A stretch of DNA of 64,000 bases from the human T2T-CHM13v2.0 reference genome, Homo sapiens. Numbering within the stretch: position 1 is the first letter of the stretch; each line of letters begins with the position of its first letter. The stretch lies in assembly GCF_009914755.1 (NCBI RefSeq), contig NC_060940.1; one strand, 5' to 3'. Positions 13,813 through 32,069 of this stretch are shown here, piece by piece. The notes beneath the pieces were generated by a model. It did no database searches. It was not told the DNA's origin and saw only the letters and a list, made by a program, of their open reading frames with translations. The position numbers and the translations under genes are program-made.

Positions 13813-14352
13813 ATGAGGTAAAGGTAAATGTACAGAATTTAATTACTTTTTCTTCTATAAAACCCAAGAGTCAGTACCAAGAAGAGTCAATTTATTAGTT
13901 TTCTAAAATAAAAAAAATCAAAGTCGCCAAAAAAGAGCAATATCCAAGAAAACATTGAAAATGAAACACAACGTTTAGTAAGAATAGAAAACTTGGGCAC
14001 TGTATCACCCTGTTCCTAGATACCGATTTACTGATAGCAATTTAAATAGAATTTTATTCTATCTAATTCGTTTATACTCCCAGAGTTCGAAATTACATTT
14101 TACCTACAATAAATGAGATAACACTTGCAAATTATATGGTACTCTGCCTAACACACGTTAATAACTCAATACATGTTAGCAATAAACTTTTAGTATAGTA
14201 GTCAAAGTATTAATTTCTCACATTGCAAAGTTGCTTCAAAGACATGAATACAACCTTTCTAATGACTCCTCGTTCATCAAGATACCTCTTCAAATTATTC
14301 TATTTCTTTCATTCAGTGTATTATCTGTGTATACCGATATGATATTACACTC

Positions 14353-14644
14353 TTTTTTTTTTTTTTTTTTGAGATGGAATCTCATTCTGTTACTGATGCT
14401 GGAGTGAGGTGGCATGATCTGCAACCTCCACCTCCCAGGTTCAAGCGATTCTCCTGTCTCAGCCCCCCAAGTAGCTAGGACTACAGGTGCACACCACCAT
14501 GCCTGGCTAATTTTTGTATTTTTAGTACAGTCAGAGTTTCACCCTGTTGTCCAGGCTGGTCTCGAACTCCTGACCTCAGGTGATCCACCCACCATGGTCT
14601 CCCAAAGTGCTGGGATTACAGGCATAAGCCACCGCACCCAGCCT
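14353..14644 (-). mobile_element. AluS-like element with target-site duplication
   Basis: Poly-T followed by an antisense Alu body. Flanked by TGATATTACACTCTT and TGATATTGCACTCTT. Confidence 0.92.
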
Positions 14645-15015
14645 GATATTGCACTCTTGGATTTTGAACACTGAATATCTTTTTGAGAGATTACACCTCT
14701 TTACCTCTTTGTGCTTCAGAAATTATCTTCCTTCAAGTGTTCTAAGAGTCTAATGAAGAATGAAGTCATGTTTTATCACTTTTGTCCTTAAAGATTTCAG
14801 ACATGCTGAAACTGATTGAAGTATCATTTGCTACCAGATAGATTAATTATCTCTAGTTGTAGGAGTGGATACATCTTTAATGGTATATTTTGGGTTATTG
14901 TCTTATTTTTGATGCAGTGTTCTATAAATAATTTATTAAACCTGGCATCCTTGGGTGAGCCTGGATTTTTCAACTTTGGTGTTATATTGTGTTTGCTTTT
15001 AAAAACTGCTTTTGA

Positions 15016-15328
15016 GGCCGGGTATGGTGGCTCTTGCCCATACCCAGCACTTTGGGAGGCCAAGGTGGGCGGATTACCTCAGGTCAGGAGTTCAAGACCA
15101 GCCTGGTCAACATGGCAAAACCATGTCTCTACTGAAAACACAAAATTAGCCAGGCATGGTGGTACATGCTTGTAGTCCTAACCACTCAGGAGGCTGAGGC
15201 AAGACAATCACCTGAACCTGGGAGGCAAAGGTTGCTAGGTTGCTGTGAGCCAAGTTTGCACCATTGCACTCCAGCCTGGGTGAAAAGAGCAAAACTCTGT
15301 CTCAAAAAAAAAAAAAAAAAAAACCACC
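15016..15328 (+). mobile_element. AluS-like element with 15-bp TSD
   Basis: Full Alu with poly-A tail. AAAAACTGCTTTTGA occurs at 15001-15015 and 15329-15343. Confidence 0.95.
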
Positions 15329-18197
15329 AAAAACTGCTTTTGAATGGAGTTGTACATACAATCTTTATGAAAAAAAATATCAAGTGCATAAGTTCATAAT
15401 AGAAAAACCAATAATACTCCAGGCACAAGTTAGTACTAAAAAAGTTATGTTGAATATTGTCTAATACAACATGCTTTTTCCCTTCATGAACGACTTGTGT
15501 TTTACTGAGAAGAGTCATTGTTTATGGTAGACATTAGACTACAGATGAATATGTACTTTAAACACTCTTAGTTGCTTTCGTAATTTTATATCTGCTGCTT
15601 TATGCTTCTGTTTATTTTCATTCTTTCCAATGTCCACATTCTAGTAAATTTGAATATTTTAATCCAAGTTTATATACTATTTAATATTGCTTGTATAGTT
15701 TAGTATTTTTAAGACTCAAAAAGGTTTACAGAAAGAAGAAAAAGATCAACATGTTATTAATCATTTAAAGATCATTTTAAAATCTTTGACCTTTATATTT
15801 TAATGAATAAAATGTTGGTAGTTATTAGTATAAAATAATTTATGTCTTTTGGACTTAGCATCCAGTATTTCTTTTTTAATAAAGAAAATAATTATTCTCT
15901 TGCAATATACTACGTTTATCTGGGTTTTGAAAAATGATGTTTCCTAATATGAGAAAGCCATTTACATTTTTAAATCTACAAAGGCAAATGGAATGGTACT
16001 AAATTATTTACATAATAATGTTTAGGTGGTGGCCCTTATAACATTCTTTCTATACTTCCTACAGAGTTGGGGATATGCAATCCTAGAATATTTCTGGGAG
16101 CTAATCCTTTAGCTTGATGAATGAAACAAGACTTTTAAATAAAATTAAACTTTCAAATTATCCAGGTAATGGGCCTGTCTTTTAATTCAATGGATATGGA
16201 GCATAATGAATTATCCCCTGTTCATTGGGTAATAAGTTCTCATTCTTAACTTCTAATACTCAAAATGTCCTTTAATTTTTAATTTTCAATAGTCATATCA
16301 TTATCCCTAGGTATTTTAGCTTCTATCTTAAATTCTAAAATAATTTTGAAACAGGAGAAAGTATTCTTTATTACTATATGTATTAAACATCATGGTTTTC
16401 AAATTTAACTGCAAATGTATCTTTTCATTGCTTCTTGGTGACGCCCTTCACCCTATCCATATTGTCACTACCAAGTGGTGATTACTTTTCAGGTTCACAT
16501 ACTTGTTCTTTAGAAAAATCTTCCCTGTGCCTTATAAAAAATATGATTGTTGGCATTCAAAAGCCAGCGAAGTATACATTATTAGCCTGTTGCCTAACTA
16601 ATTTCTTTAAGAAACTACACTAATTACCCACATACTTATGTTTTTATTTCCTCATTATTTCTGGAGAAAACAAATACTGCTAACATGATATTTGTAAGAG
16701 AGAAAAAAGTCTTTTCTTGAAAAGTGCTGTCATTGTAGTACTAACTTATAGTATCAACTTCTTTATCAACTCCTTATACACTTTTTATTCTGAGAGAAAT
16801 AAAAAAGCTAAAAGTGAAATGACTTTTTTTACTCTCCATATTATAAGCACCCATCTTGGTAATTTAGGGTCTTTATAGTTAGGGTAAGTTGTGTCATACC
16901 GAGGTTACAAAATAATAAGTATTTTGTCTCTTTGGGCCTTTCCTTATTCAGTAATACTGTCAGTTTGGCTTTTTTTCTAGGTCAACTTATTGATCTCAGT
17001 ATTCTGAAATAATATGTTTACTACCTTTTGATAAGCATTTAAAATATTAGATTTATTGTTACTCTTCTGCCTTCATTGGGCTGGAAGAATAATTGTTTCT
17101 CTCACTCCACAAAAGCCAAGTTGCAGAGAAAAACACATAGACATTCAACTGCAAAGCAGAGAAACTTGACTATTTCCTGCAATTTTAAAGTGTATATTGA
17201 ATAAAACCATCTTTTTATTTTCTTTTTTGCTCACTGGCAAATATTAACAACATCAAGTGTGTTATTATAATGTTATCTAGTTAAAAATCTCAAAAAGTTT
17301 TCATAATTACCATTTAAAAATATATAAATAGGTGACCTAATGTTAATTTGTATTGTCTGAGACCATGTCTGTTATTTCACTCTTTAAATTCAGTTAGTCA
17401 TGCAGAACCTAGCACTTAGTGGATACTCAAAAATTATTTGCTGGATAAAAAAAAGGTTAAACATGTAATATATACAAAATGTACTAGAAAAAATGCACCA
17501 AACAATTTTGTTATAGCAGTTTAATGTAGAATATTGCCTTTAAAAGATAATATAGTTTTCAGGTGTCTACAGTGATTTTGTAATATTTGTGCACATATAA
17601 AATAATATTTCCAAAAATGTAATCCAGTGAGGAAATATACTTTCTAAATTCTAGATTTATAATTTAGGGTTTAAATTATAAAATCATTAAGACACAAGTG
17701 AAATATAGTCAAATATCCCCTTGGAAAAAAATTAAGTGGCCTCTAAAGTGAGGTATTCATATATGTAATTTTACAATCCTCTAGTGATAGAATTAATTAA
17801 ATACACCACCAAATTGATTAATTCCTACAGTGTTAAAAGAGAAGCACTAATAATGCCAGTGACCATGTAACATGGATTAAGCTACAAGTCATAGAAATGT
17901 GATGAGAAGCCTCAGCGCTGTAAAACAGAGGGTGGAGGAAAGCTTTTCCTCTCTCAAATGAGATTTGCCAAGTATACTTCTTGAAGAATAGGAAGTTGAA
18001 GTGTTCAGGACTTTTATGACTATTCTACTTTGGCTTAGTTTACATGATTCTTAGTTTATTAGCCTAGAAATGGCCAAGAAAACTTAAGGCTCAATAATTA
18101 GTTATAAATATGAAATATCCCCAATTTTTAAGATAAAAACAACTTATAAATGTATTTGTCTGTAAAAATTGTGTATATTTTTACAGAACATCTATTT

Positions 18198-18951
18198 CTT
18201 TCTTTTTTTATTTTTTTATTATACTTTAAATTCTAGGGTACACATGCACAATGTGCAGGTTTGTTGCATATGAATACATGTGCCATGTTGGTGTGCTGCA
18301 CCCATTAACTCATCATTTATATTAGGCATATCTCCTAATGCTATCCCTCCCCGCTCCCCCCACCCCACAACAGGCCCTGGTGTGTGATGTTCCCCTTCCT
18401 GTGTCCAAGTGTTCTCATTGTTCAATTCCCATCTATGAGTGAGAACATGCGGTGTTTGGTTTTTTGTCCTTGTGATAGTTTGCTAAGAATGATGGTTTCC
18501 AGCTTCATCCATGTCCCTGCAAAGGATATGAACTCATCATTTTTTATGGCTGCATAGTATTCCATGGTGTATATGTGCCACATTTTCTTAATCCAGTCTA
18601 TCGTTTTTGGACATTTGGGTTTGTTCCAAGTCTTTGCTATTGTGAGTAGTGCCACAATAAACATACGTGTGCATGTGTCTTTATAGCAGCATGATTTATA
18701 ATCCTTTGGGTATATACCCAGTAGTGGGATGGCTGGGTCAAATGGTATTTCTAGTTCTAGATCCCTGAGGAATGGCCACACTGTCTTCCACAATGGTTGA
18801 ACTAGTTTACAGTCCCACCAACAGTGTGAAAGTGTTCCTATTTCTCCACATCCTCGGCAGCACCTGTTGTTTCCTGACTTTTTAATGATCGCCATTCTAA
18901 CTGGTGTGAGATGGTATCTCATTGTGGTTTTGATTTGCATTTCTCTGATGG
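18198..18951 (-). mobile_element. 5'-truncated L1PA (3'UTR plus ORF2 C-terminus)
   Basis: ORF 18422..18940 ([27 protein letters not shown]...HRMFSLI) is the LINE-1 ORF2p C-terminus. Poly-T end present. TCTATTT on both flanks is a probable TSD. Confidence 0.95.
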
Positions 18952-20934
18952 GTCTATTTATTTAAAACAAAGGGAGGGAAGTCTCATTTACATTCGTTTT
19001 TTTCATAGCCTTTTGAACTTTGCAATTTCTATGTTTCAGAACCTATTTCTTACAGTTTTTCTATGCTAAACTCTGTCCTGGTCAGTTCTAGAGTGTATGA
19101 AGAACCAAATGATGTAACTGTATGCGACCTGGCTGTAGTGGAACAAATTTGACTCTTAAGTATGCAGGCTCTAATTTTCCTGTCTGGTTTTGGTAAGTAT
19201 TCCTTACACAGGTTTTTTTCTTTGAAAATCTGGGATTGAGAGGTTGATGAATGAAAATTAATCCTTTCACTTTGTTGTGTATAGGTTTGCAATAATTAGG
19301 TCAGAGTGGAGTTTTAAGGTCATGGAGGGGGCTGATGACTTACAAATAATGGCCTCTGATTGGGCAACTACTCATCTGAGTTCCTTCCACTTGACCTAAT
19401 TAAGCTTGTGAAATTTACACTAAGCCATGAGTTCATCTTTAAAAAGTTTTATTAAAAGATTTTCAGCTGTTCCAAATAGGACTTATTGGTGGAATGTGTT
19501 TTAAAGGATCATATCAGATGAATGAAAGGTATTTGATCCTTTGTTTCCTTAATAATAAAATGATGGTTTGGAAAAATAGGCTAGAGTCTAACCACAGTGC
19601 TATTATTAAGGCTTTCTTGTTAAACATAGGTCTAAGCCTAAGTATGTCAATACAACAAATACTTAGTGTTTCATTTCTAGTAATAAAAAAATAAAGTCTT
19701 TCTGGCATAAGGATGATTTTCATCTGGTTATTTTGAAACATTTTTGTAAAATAAATTTCCATCTATAAAGAACATTTTTAATTTGTAAGGAGGGGTATGT
19801 CTCTGTGCACTGGAAGAGAGGGAGGACTAAATCACTGGGAAGTCTTATGATAAAGAAGCCATTGGCTTAAATCAGCAAAGCAAGCCATCCTTTGGTTTAA
19901 GGTGTTTTTCCTGGCCATCCTGTCTTGACTAGAACTTTACCTACACCTTCCTTTTTGGTTTAGGCAAATTATCATATCTCAACCTGAAGTCTCAGCTCTG
20001 TGTCTTTGAGATATAAATGTTCTACCACGTCTTCTCTGGAACCTGATAACTATCTATCTCTTTAAAATGCAAGTCTAGGGAGATGACTCATCAGAAAAAG
20101 AAGAAAAAAGAGGTATTTGGAAATTGTGCAAATTAAAGCAGCCCCTGATGCCAAAGTCTACACATTCCTGAGTGAGTCAGTTCTGGCCAGTTCTAGCTGG
20201 ATCAAGAGAGCTCTGCTGGGCAAGCCTGAAGAGCACCTGGATGGCAGACACCTGAGGAGCCAGGTGCCTGAAACTTTCTCCACCTGCTTGAGGAGCGCTA
20301 AAGCCCAGGTGCTGGCTGGACAACCCCTTCTGGTTGCCTAAGCAGGTGGCAGAAGAAGGAAACAAGGTCAGAGGCAGAGTGTTGAACCCTGCCTCCCAGG
20401 TGGGTGGAAGATGCCTGTCGCCAAACTAGGGCCCAGCTTGCCGGGTGAGATGGGTGAACTGGTGATCCCCCGAGAGAGTGGACGTCAGAACTACATGGTC
20501 CTGGACCTCACCTCGGCCAGCGAAGGAGAGAGAGGGTTAATGTTAACTGCACGAGGCCCACTCTAGCCTTAAATTCTGAAATTCAAACCCTTCCCTTGGA
20601 GACAAAACAAACATGACAAGGAATTCTGACATCAGGGGACAAGAATCACAAGTTCCCTAGTGGGAGACTGAGGAGGCAGTGTCCTTCCTGCCCTTGGTCT
20701 ACTGGCTAAGAACCTTCCTCAGCCTGACCTTTCCACATTGCACTTCCAGCTCTGTTTGCAATTTTCCTCCTTTAGTGCTGAGGGAATCCCAGTGTTCGAT
20801 CCTGAAATCTATAGGTTCCTAATGGGTGGTTAAAAAAAACCTCAGCGAGAGAAGCAGAAAATGTTTCCTCTTCCTGAAAAACTGTAGAAAGGCAGGCACC
20901 ATTCTGGGTGAGGACATGGTCCTTGCAAATGTCT

Positions 20935-21245
<311 letters not shown>

Positions 21246-23724
21246 TGTGAGTGAGTGAGCCACGGCAAAAGTCTTTAAAGACAGCATGTTTCAGAGGCTG
21301 TGACGGTGCCCTGTGAACACGTCAAATCTCGCAGTCCCGGGAGCTCTGAGGAGCAGGCCCAGCTCCTTGCCAGGCTGATGGTACTGAAACTCTGCTCTCC
21401 AAGACATAACCTGATGGCCGTGCAAGATTTCTTAATTGACTGTGGACCGTGAGAGTCTGCATCTCATTTTAATTAAGACAGGAAAAGAAAGAACAAAAGA
21501 GCAACTCCCAGGTTATAGAGAGACTGGATTTTAGTATAATATTCAAGTGTAGCATTGCTAATAATAAACCTTTCCCCTCCCAAACGGTAAACACTTGCAC
21601 TGCCTATTATACAAAAATTCAGCCATCCTCTCTGTTCCCCCGATATCTCCTCCCCAGTGACCCCCCTCTCATGCGGCCTCATGAGCCTGGCCAGTGGTGA
21701 ATGGCGCTTTCATGGGCATGAGACTCCACGTGAGTGGGACTCAGCTGGGACCCCTCTCCACGTGGGAGCTGGAGAAGCCACCCTAGTACCAGCTTAAAGT
21801 GTCCGTGATGTCCCTGCTGCTGAGGTAGGGGCCGCCTCTGAGCTGGTCTCGGGGTGTGAGCTGCTGCTGGTAGTGGGCTCTGCCCTGAGGGCCTGGTGGC
21901 TGGTCGGAAGGGCAGGCACACATGGGTGACTCCCCAGGATCTCAGGCCACCTCCCCACCACAGTCCTGCACTGTGTGTTCCAGGCATGTGCTGAGTGCCT
22001 GGTCAATCACCAGTGCCCTATTGATCCCCGTCTCCAGAGAGATCATTTAGCGTCACTCCACAGAGGGGGAAACTGAGGCCCAGAGAAGTAAGGTGACTCT
22101 CCCCAGTCACAGGTCTGGTCAGGAGTAGGATGGGAGGCTAGTCCCTTGCTGTCTGACTCCCTGAGCCCACCCATATCCCAAGGCAGCCAACCTCTGCCCG
22201 CCCTGGCTCAGGCCCCGACTGGCCCCTGTGGTGGGTGATGTCTATCTTCCTGGCCTTTGTGCTCCCAGCCAACTGGGATGGAGCCTCCAGCTGGCATGAC
22301 AGGTTGTAGCTACGGACAGAAGAGTGGCTGTGAGGCTGCCAGGAATCTCACCAGGGCCCCCTCCCAGGGCCTGTCCAGAGTGAGGTCTGGGTACCCCAGG
22401 CATTGCCAGACCACAGGATCTGATGTTGGCCAAGAGGCTATGGCCACAGGCTTTCTGAGGCTGGCCCCCAGGGAGAGTTCAATCCTACTGTCCCAATTCC
22501 TGCCCTGGCCTTACCTCTCAGTCTCACCGAGTCGCTTCATGGTCCCAAACCAGGACCCAAAGTGCTGCTTGGGCTTAAGGTTGTAATTATTTGCAGCCAA
22601 CTGGAGCAGCGGACCTCCTTGCTTACTTTGAATTCCTGGGTCCAGAGGGAAAAACTGGGTGGTGACAGGGACTGGACAGGGATGCCACAGGGGCCCTGTG
22701 GGGGTGTTAGGTGGGGTGGTGGCCAGTCTTTGCTCATAGGGGACCCCCTCCTCCTCTCCAGTCCTGTCCCCACCTGTTCTCAGAGCTGGCTCAAGCAGCA
22801 GCTCCTCCAGGAAGGTGTCCTTGGTTTCAACCTGGTACTCCCACCTGCAGGTCTTCCTGGAGTGTCTCCTCTTTGTCTGTCTCCCCATAAATCTAAGACG
22901 AGGGGGATGGATTTGCCCACGGCTACTCACCGTATGACTCTTGTGCGGTTGATCTGTCTCCCATGCAAGGCCAACAGCTGAAGTCCATCAGAAAGGGTCC
23001 TCTGGCCCAGAGCCAGCCCCTGCCCACCCCTGTCATGCTGCACCCAGGGTGCAAGACCCAGATCAGGTCTGGGTGACAGGAGGGGTATAGAGGGGCTGAG
23101 GCTCAGGGGCCTTCTAGCCTAACTTGTCTGGAGACAGTTGGGGAAACTGAGACCCCAAGCAGGGAGGTATGGCTCCGAGAGATTATTCTCATTAACCTGG
23201 AACACTTTTGCAAGCTGTTAGGTGTAGGAAGTCTGTCACAGGTAAGAGGAATGCTTTTTGAGAGCATGAGAGACAGCAGGGTTGTGACAATATTGAAACA
23301 CCACTGTGCAGATTCACCAATTGCCACCACCAGGAGCCCCCTGAGAGTCATTGCAGATGCACAGCCCTCCCCTGCAACCCCTGGACCTCCCCATGGTCTG
23401 GCACCTAAAGAGTTATGACTCATGGCAGGAATCAGGGCCCTCAGGATGCCCTGCCCACTCCAAGGTTTGCCTCTGCTCTGATTGGTCACTGCCATTCAGA
23501 TTGTCACCCAAATATAAGGACGTTAGCAGAAAGACTCATTCAATACAAGTGGACTCAGACATAGATAGGATTTGGGTTGCAAAAAGCCCCTTTTGTTCTT
23601 TTATTTTATTTTGGAAAAAACTGTTATTGTGAAAATTCACACATATATATAGAAAAAAACTCAATCAATGCAAAAGGATAGACAATGAACAAATGAATTC
23701 CCCTTCCACTCCAGATCCGCACCT

Positions 23725-23845
23725 CAGATCCAGACCTCCTGAGCCCACTTCCCCCATCTCATCACAGATCCAGACCTCCTGAGCCCACTTTCCCCATCTC
23801 ATCACAGATCCAGACCTCCTGAGCCCACTTTCCCCATCTCATCAC
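23725..23845. repeat. Minisatellite, 3 x 40 bp
   Basis: CAGATCCAGACCTCCTGAGCCCACTTYCCCCATCTCATCA starts at 23725, 23765 and 23805. Confidence 0.95.
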
Positions 23846-23863
23846 CAGTGATTTCTTGGGCTC

Positions 23864-24155
23864 TGCATTAGTTTTCTATTGCTGCTGCAACAAACAGCTA
23901 CAGACTCAGTGGCTTCCATTTCTGTCTTATAGTTCTGGTTGCCAAAATTCCTAAGAGGATCTCACTGGGCTAAAATCAAGGTGCCAGCGGGGCTATGTCC
24001 CTTCTGGAGGCTTAAGGGATGAATCGGCTCCCTGCCTTTTCTAGCTTCTAGGGGCTCCAGCTTCTAGGTTTGTGGCCTTCTTTCTCTATCCTCAAAGCCA
24101 GCAACAGCAGGTGAAGTCCTCGCCCATCGTGCATCACTCTCCCTTCTGCCTCCTT
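23864..24155 (-). mobile_element. MaLR LTR fragment (MLT1-type)
   Basis: TGCATTAGTTTTCTATTGCTGCTG...GGCTAAAATCAAGGTG...CCTTCTGGAGGC...TCTAGCTTCTAG is typical of antisense MLT1. Confidence 0.75.
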
Positions 24156-26026
24156 CAACTTTTTTTTTTTTTTTGTATTTAGGGGGAACGAGTACAGGAT
24201 TCTCACATAGTCAAAAAGCTCCTTATAGAGAAGCTCGGAACTTTGAATACAGCTTTGTCTTTTTTGCCATTTTAATTTTCCATTTAATTTAAATGTATTC
24301 TCTCATTTGACCTTCATACTCTGTGGAGGAATATTTCTATTTCGGCTTGTATTGACAAGCTGTTTTCACACAGCCCCCGCATCACCCAACCAACCAGCAG
24401 AGATCCTCATTCCCATGAAACAGATAAAGAAACTGAGGCCCAGGGAGGCTAAGTCCTGCCAGGATCATTCACCTTCCAAGGTAAGGAGCCATTTCCAGAC
24501 CTGGGTTTGTGCAGCTCCAAGCTCCCCCGTCTTTCTACAATGCTAGATTTAGACTATAGCAATCTAGCAAGTGTGGCCACACAATGGTCAAGTTGGATTT
24601 AGATGATGTTCTCTATAAATCCATTCTCCTCTCCCGTGTAAGCAAGGCAAAGTACTCTAGGCCATGGGGAGTCCCTGAAGACTCGATGAACTGCAGTGGC
24701 CACGTCAGGAGGTTGCAGGTTGACCAGAACTCACCGACACAGCAGGAGAGCAGCTTGGAACCTGCAACTCAGCCAAGACCCAGTGCCTTGGATTGAGGGA
24801 GAAAACATGCAGCCATTCCTCTCTCTCTCTGTTGGCTAGAGGGGATTCTGGCTTTTCCTGCCAGAGCCACCCCTTTCCCTCCTCCTAAAGTTGATGGTGG
24901 TTCTTTAAGGAAAGGGAGAAGTGCACGGTGTGATAGGGCAGGAAGAGAAGAAAACGGAGGAGAGGAGGGGACTTTCCCATAAGCAGGCAGAAGAAAAGGC
25001 AGCTGTGGTGTGTGATCGACATGGAAGCAGTGGTGTCCAATGTGGGGTCAGCCCTAGAGGAGAGACAGAGAGAGAGACAGAAAAGTGAGAGAGTCCTGAC
25101 CCTTACGATTAACATGGGATCTGCCTGCAAGTGCTGTTTAGGGCCATCGCCTCTTCCTGTACTGCTATTTTTGAGAGTGATGCTCCTGAGCCCCATGACC
25201 CAGTCAAATTTGATGTCCCCTTGAGCCAGATTCAGTGCTGGGAGTCCAGTGTGATCTGCCTGGATCTTGCTGCATTGAGAACAGGCCAGATCTTGACACC
25301 AATACAGGGGGCTGGATATGAACAGGCAACAGCTGGGTTTCTGAGTCAGAAAGACTTGGTTAATTGCTAATTGCTTAGGCGAGTAATTCAATTTTGTTCA
25401 GTCAGATTCCTCAGCTATAAAATGCAGATGACAGTACTTATTCCTCCAGGTTGTGGGGAAAATGGAGATTCTGAGCACGATGTCCATTTCACAGAAAGGT
25501 ACCAATTTGGTGGCTTATTTTCCTTTCTACCTTCAGAAGTGGCTAACCCTGCCACCCAAACAGACCCTTGACTCTCAAGTGGATGGGGTCCCATTTGCAC
25601 AGGGGGAGAGCTTACAGCCTACGTTGAGTCTATACTTACCACTTAGTGAGCATGGTATCCGCTCAGGGGCCTCTGTGGGCATCCGTCTCCTCTGCGGCAT
25701 CTTTCCTCCCCACCGCTGGGCCTGCACATGACCCCCTCCTTGGGTTAGGCCTCTGATCAGTGATGACCTTGGTATGGTGGTGATGGTCAGTCTTGGCACC
25801 AAATGAGCCAGTTTATATCATCAGCTATTCAATAAAACACTAATCTAGGTGTCACCATGAAAGTATTTTGTGACATTGTTATGTACGTGTTGTTACAAAT
25901 GTGCATGATGCATTTACTACAGCACAGAATTTTGCCTGGGTGCCAGCCTGAAGTCTGTCCGACATATCATAGCCATGTTAGTCCCACAGTCACAGGGGCC
26001 AATGGATTAAATTATTTTATCTCCCT

Positions 26027-26095
26027 TGAGAACTAAAAATAAAATCCTAAGCCCCCCACCCGACTTAGCAGACCCCCTTTTGGCCAACGGAACCT
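26027..26095 (+). mobile_element. Probable 5' end of an ERV1-class LTR, cut off at an Alu
   Basis: AACTAAAAATAAAATCCTAAGCCCCCCACCCGACT...CCCCCTTTTGGCCAA resembles an LTR start from memory. Subfamily not determined. Confidence 0.45.
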
Positions 26096-26097
26096 GT

Positions 26098-26403
<306 letters not shown>

Positions 26404-26459
26404 CGCCCTTCTCTGTTTCCAGAGCATTTTGTGTTAACTCCCTCTCATGATATCTTCCA

Positions 26460-27630
<1,171 letters not shown>

Positions 27631-27741
27631 GACTCACCAATGGGAGAAATCAGCTGCTGATTTAAGGCTAACAAACACCTACTTCCTTTCCTAACCTCAC
27701 TTTAATTTTATCTTGGAGGAATTCTTTTCCCTATCCCATTA

Positions 27742-28045
<304 letters not shown>

Positions 28046-29244
28046 TCATGGGAGAGGATGGTAAAGCTAAGTATCTTTTGCACCTACTCCCCAGCCCCAC
28101 CACTGCAGAAGCTGAAGGGGTTCCTAGAGGCTTCTTCTGCCATGGAGCGGTTCCCACTGGCCCCTAGGTAGAGGTGGGTGTAAGACTTTGAAACATGAAC
28201 AAATGGAGCTGGGATGGTAATGGCGGGAACAATATTGTGCTAATCTGAACTCTGCACTTCCTAACTTTGGCTCTTGGTAAATTACCTCAAATTGCTGAGC
28301 CTTTGTTTCCATATTTATAAAATGGGTGCAGTAAGAGTACCAACCTCTTCTATGCTGTTTGGAGGAGGCAGGTCCATTAGGTACCTGGCATGTGGTAAGG
28401 GATTCATGAATGTTGGCTTCTATCATTAAGGGTGGGGGAGCCACATAAGTAGCCAGAGGGAGTCATAGAAAGTTCTTGAGCCAGAGAAGTAAGATAATCT
28501 TTTCAGCTTTTTGTGCAGCGTAAAAGGCGGGTAATTTGCTTGCCTTTGACCAAGGAAATTTGTGATGTGCCAGGCCTGGGGTGAATGGTGGGAACCCAAG
28601 TAGAGGGATATTTCTCATTGGCTGAATTAATTGTGACTCCGTTTTGCGGAGCAGCCAGGTTGCTTCATGGTGGACCAGCTGCATGCCTACATGATGGTGC
28701 CGTGGATAGCTCTTGTTTGTGCCAGCCCTGTACCTGATACCTCTTGTGGTAATTGCATCCCTATTTTTCAGAAGGAAGCATCCCTCCTCCCACTTTCTGG
28801 TTTTCCCCATGTCCTTCTGGAGGGGATGACCCCAACTGCTTCCTGAAGGGGCTTCATGAAAGCCAGGTCTGGCCAGGCTGGATGTGGTGATTGGCTCAGG
28901 CAGGGCATGTGGCCCAAATGGGTCCAGTGAAAGTCAGTCCTGGGACTTTGGCTGGGACTATTGGGGAACAGCCTCTGCTTTCTTGCGCAGATGTGAGTTA
29001 GGAGCTGCTCAGGCCACTATGTGGAAAGAATTGCATGAGAATGAAGTATTCAAAGGGAAGCAAGCACTGAGAGATTAGAGAGACTTATCTTGTATAAGTG
29101 CCTGTATCCAGCTATGCCTGAAGTGAGGTACCACCCCAGGCCTTTTCAGTCATGCTATCAGTTTTGTTCCTTTTTTCTGTTTTCCTCTTGGTGGAGTTAT
29201 TTATTTTTTCCTTGTTACTTGAATAAGAAAAATACGAAACTAGA

Positions 29245-29570
<326 letters not shown>

Positions 29571-29891
29571 ACCAGACTAGTAAATGCAACCATTTACAAA
29601 TCCCAAGAGACTCTTGAAGATTCTTTTTGTTAGTAGGGAAAATATTCTCCATTTTTCTGCCAACTTTAGGGTTTTCAGAGAAGTTTGGGGGAGAGAAAGG
29701 AAAGCAAAGAGGTGGGAAGAAAGAGTCCTTGCAACCCCAAGTTGGGCGAACTCCTCCCAGCTACTTATACCACAGGGCTTTGGGAGCAGAGCCCCTTTCA
29801 TTAAACTTTCAGGATTCTTGGATGGATAGGGTGGGAATTACACCAGTGAAACTCAGCTTTGTGTGTGCCAGGCATTGGGCCCTGGGATATG

Positions 29892-31340
<1,449 letters not shown>

Positions 31341-31644
31341 ATACAGTCATCATCACCCTGAAAGCTCAGTCAACCCTCTGCAGTGCTACTGCCACACTCC
31401 CCTTTTGCACATGTAGAAATCAAGGATCTTTGGCTCCTCTGAGTGACTTGTTCAAGGTTTCTCAGTTTCCAAGAGATGGAGGTGGGACTTGAATTGAGAT
31501 TTCCCTTTCTGGAGAACCTGTGGTCCTTAACCATTAAAACCACTTAAGAGGTCTTCTCTCTTGATCACTACCTACTAAGTGCTAGGCGAGGTGCTGAGGC
31601 GTTCTCTTGATTATTATATTGAGTCTTTAGATTTAGGAGAAACA

Positions 31645-31937
<293 letters not shown>

Positions 31938-32069
31938 AGATTTAGGAGAAACAAGTCCCGAAGCCCTGACCCTAACACGCAAGGGTTAGTGGAGATGTGG
32001 GACTTGAACTCAGCTTCTCCGTTGACTCTGGCTGTCTCACTGACGCAGGCATGTGCTCGCACACCTCCA

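Noticed and set aside
22511-23000. Minus-strand peptide VETKDTFLEELLLEPALRT and a GTGAGT donor at about 22930 as possible exons
   Set aside because: There is no polypyrimidine acceptor before the peptide and I do not recognise the protein.
23725-23845. CRISPR-like regular repeat (also 55439-55504)
   Set aside because: The units are head-to-tail with no unique spacers, there are no cas genes, and the DNA is primate.
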